Positions 62,188 to 64,000 of a DNA stretch of 64,000 bases are shown here, one piece after another. Made by a program: the position numbers and the translations under genes. Location of the stretch: the NCBI GenBank assembly GCA_963833985.1, contig CAWIAD010000002.1, positions 6,176,001 through 6,240,000 on the forward strand, in the 5' to 3' direction. The notes under the pieces were generated by a model. That model ran no database searches, was not told the origin of the DNA, and saw only the letters and a list, made by a program, of their open reading frames with translations. This DNA comes from an uncultured Planctomycetaceae bacterium (GTDB lineage Bacteria; Planctomycetota; Planctomycetia; Isosphaerales; Isosphaeraceae). Every line of letters begins with the position of its first letter. Position 1 is the stretch's first letter.

Positions 62188-64000
62188 TTGTCCACGCGTG
62201 TTCACGAGTTGGCGAAAGAACTGGGACTCAAGAGCCAGGAGTTGCTCGAGCGGATCCAGAGTTGGGGGCTGGATGTCAAGGTCAGCGCACTGGCCAGCCT
62301 CGACGCGTCGACCGTGGAGCGAATCAGAACACTGATGGGACAGCCGCCGGTCTCGAAGAACGCCCCCTCCGGCGAAAGGCCCGCGCCAGCGCCGTCTCAA
62401 TCCCCCCCGCCGGCCCCCCGGCCCACGCCTCGCCCGGTGGCCTCGGTACCGTCGGCCGCTGCTGCGCCCGCCTCCGCGGGGGCGGCTCAGGGGCAAGCCG
62501 TGGGCGCCAGGCAGGCCGCCTCCGGCCCGGCACCCCCGGCCCCGGGCGCGCCGCCCGCACAGAGCCGGCCCCTCACCGCCGGGCCGCCGTCCGTTCCCCC
62601 CAGGACGAACGCGTCGCCGGCGGGCCCGGCTCCCACCGCTGCCACACAGGCTGCGCCGCCCTCGGGCCGCCCTCAGGGGGCCGGCCCGTCCCAGGAAGTC
62701 TCTCCGGGCTCCGCCCCCGCACCGGGCCCGGCGCGTTCCATACCGCTCAGCTCGCCTCCCCTGGCACGGCCCGGCGGAGGTTTTGGCGGATCACGCCCGG
62801 GGGGTGGACCCCTTTCTGCGCATACTCCGCACCGGGGCACCGGACTTCGTCCCGGCAGCTCGACCTTTGCTCCCCAGGCCGACTCGCGTTCCTCCCGTCC
62901 GCAAGGTCCGTCACCGTCACCGGGAGGCGCCGAAGGCAGCCCAGGGACCGCGAATTTCCAACCTTTGAAGCGGAGCGACTACATGTCTTCGGCGGGAATT
63001 CGCCCCCCTGTCCAGCGCGGCACGCCGCCATCGGCTCCCGCGCAGACAATGCAGAGGCGTCCGGGTGAAGAAGCCCCCACCGAAGGCGGCCGCCGCGATG
63101 CGCCCGCCGGTCCGCGCCGGCCGCTACCTCCCGTGGCGGCGCCCCAGGCGCCGGTGCATCGCCCAGGGGGGCCGGTTCGGCCCGCTGCCCGCCCCGGCGA
63201 GGGGAAGACGCAGCAGCCCGAGAAGCGGATGACCAAAGAGGAAGTGCTCACCCTCATGCGGTCCGGCCAGCTTGGCAACACGGCCGGTGCCGGCAGCCCG
63301 CCGACCGGACTCCGGGGGGGGCAGCCCCCGCGTGGGCCGGTCATGCCCGGGGCGCCGCGTGACCGTCCCGGTCCGGGTACCGGCACGATGCCCGGCTCGG
63401 GCCCGCGCCGCCCCCTTCCGGGCCCACCGGGAACGTCGCCCCATCCGGGAACCGCGCCGGCGGCTCCGCCCCCCTTCGAGGAAGAAGATGACCGCAAGGC
63501 CAAGGGGAGAGTCGGCTCCTCGGCCGACCGGGCCGGACGCCGCGCCCGCCGCAACGAGCGCGCCACCGAGCGCCGGGTCACCTCACCCTTGCCGGCAGCC
63601 TCCCTTCTGACCGAGGACGAGGAAGTGCGCCGCGTCCGCGCGGCCCGGCGCGGCCACAAGCCGGGCGGTCAGCGGTTCGCCCTCGCGCCCATGCGCAAGA
63701 ACAGCGCTCAGATCGAACCGCCGGTCACCGTCCGCAACCTCTCCGAGGCAATCGGCATCAAGGCCAATGACCTGCTGCGCAAGCTCATGGCCATGGGAGA
63801 AATGGCCACCATCAACGCCACCCTCGACGAGGACCTGGCGCAGATGCTCTCCGTGGAGTTCGGCGTCGAGCTCGAGATCGTGCACGTGCGCACCGCGGAG
63901 GACGATCTCCTCGACTCCCTGGCGCCCGCGGGGTCGTCCGAGGATCTCGTGCCCAGGCCGCCGGTGATCACGATCCTCGGCCATGTCGACCACGGCAAGA
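62188..64000 (+). CDS. infB: Translation initiation factor IF-2, 3'-partial (absent from the ORF track because it has no stop in the window)
   Basis: TTG start after GGAGG; RVHELAKELG N-terminus; Pro-rich linker; RPPVITILGHVDHGK at window end, in frame. Confidence 0.95.
   Translation, partial: MSTRVHELAKELGLKSQELLERIQSWGLDVKVSALASLDASTVERIRTLMGQPPVSKNAPSGERPAPAPSQSPPPAPRPTPRPVASVPSAAAAPASAGAAQGQAVGARQAASGPAPPAPGAPPAQSRPLTAGPPSVPPRTNASPAGPAPTAATQAAPPSGRPQGAGPSQEVSPGSAPAPGPARSIPLSSPPLARPGGGFGGSRPGGGPLSAHTPHRGTGLRPGSSTFAPQADSRSSRPQGPSPSPGGAEGSPGTANFQPLKRSDYMSSAGIRPPVQRGTPPSAPAQTMQRRPGEEAPTEGGRRDAPAGPRRPLPPVAAPQAPVHRPGGPVRPAARPGEGKTQQPEKRMTKEEVLTLMRSGQLGNTAGAGSPPTGLRGGQPPRGPVMPGAPRDRPGPGTGTMPGSGPRRPLPGPPGTSPHPGTAPAAPPPFEEEDDRKAKGRVGSSADRAGRRARRNERATERRVTSPLPAASLLTEDEEVRRVRAARRGHKPGGQRFALAPMRKNSAQIEPPVTVRNLSEAIGIKANDLLRKLMAMGEMATINATLDEDLAQMLSVEFGVELEIVHVRTAEDDLLDSLAPAGSSEDLVPRPPVITILGHVDHGK

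Overview
GC-rich bacterial chromosome segment, almost certainly a planctomycete (Isosphaeraceae-like; inferred from DUF1559 prepilin, 'LEERCLLS' extracellular motif, ECF-WD40 and ECF/Ser-Thr kinase modules, Uma2 and DUF4058 proteins). Housekeeping genes: DEAD helicase, purE/purK, queE, tatD, fur-family regulator, nusA and partial infB. Also a Bat/VWA cluster, a glycan cluster (GT4 fusion, two GH130, oxidoreductase) containing two tandem aryl-sulfotransferase paralogues, a two-subunit PFOR and an EmrAB-type pump. The most unusual part is 43.0-48.3 kb. An IS4 sits in a GTAG-REP hairpin that is itself in-frame inside a gene. Nearby, a ~350-aa HUH/Y1 (RAYT-like) nuclease gene is flanked downstream by a duplicated multi-hairpin element and upstream by a 15-unit array whose units share one fixed end and have variable other ends (telomere-like), abutting a beheaded gene. 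Several single frameshifts in conserved genes suggest assembly indels. All family assignments are by motif recognition, not database search.
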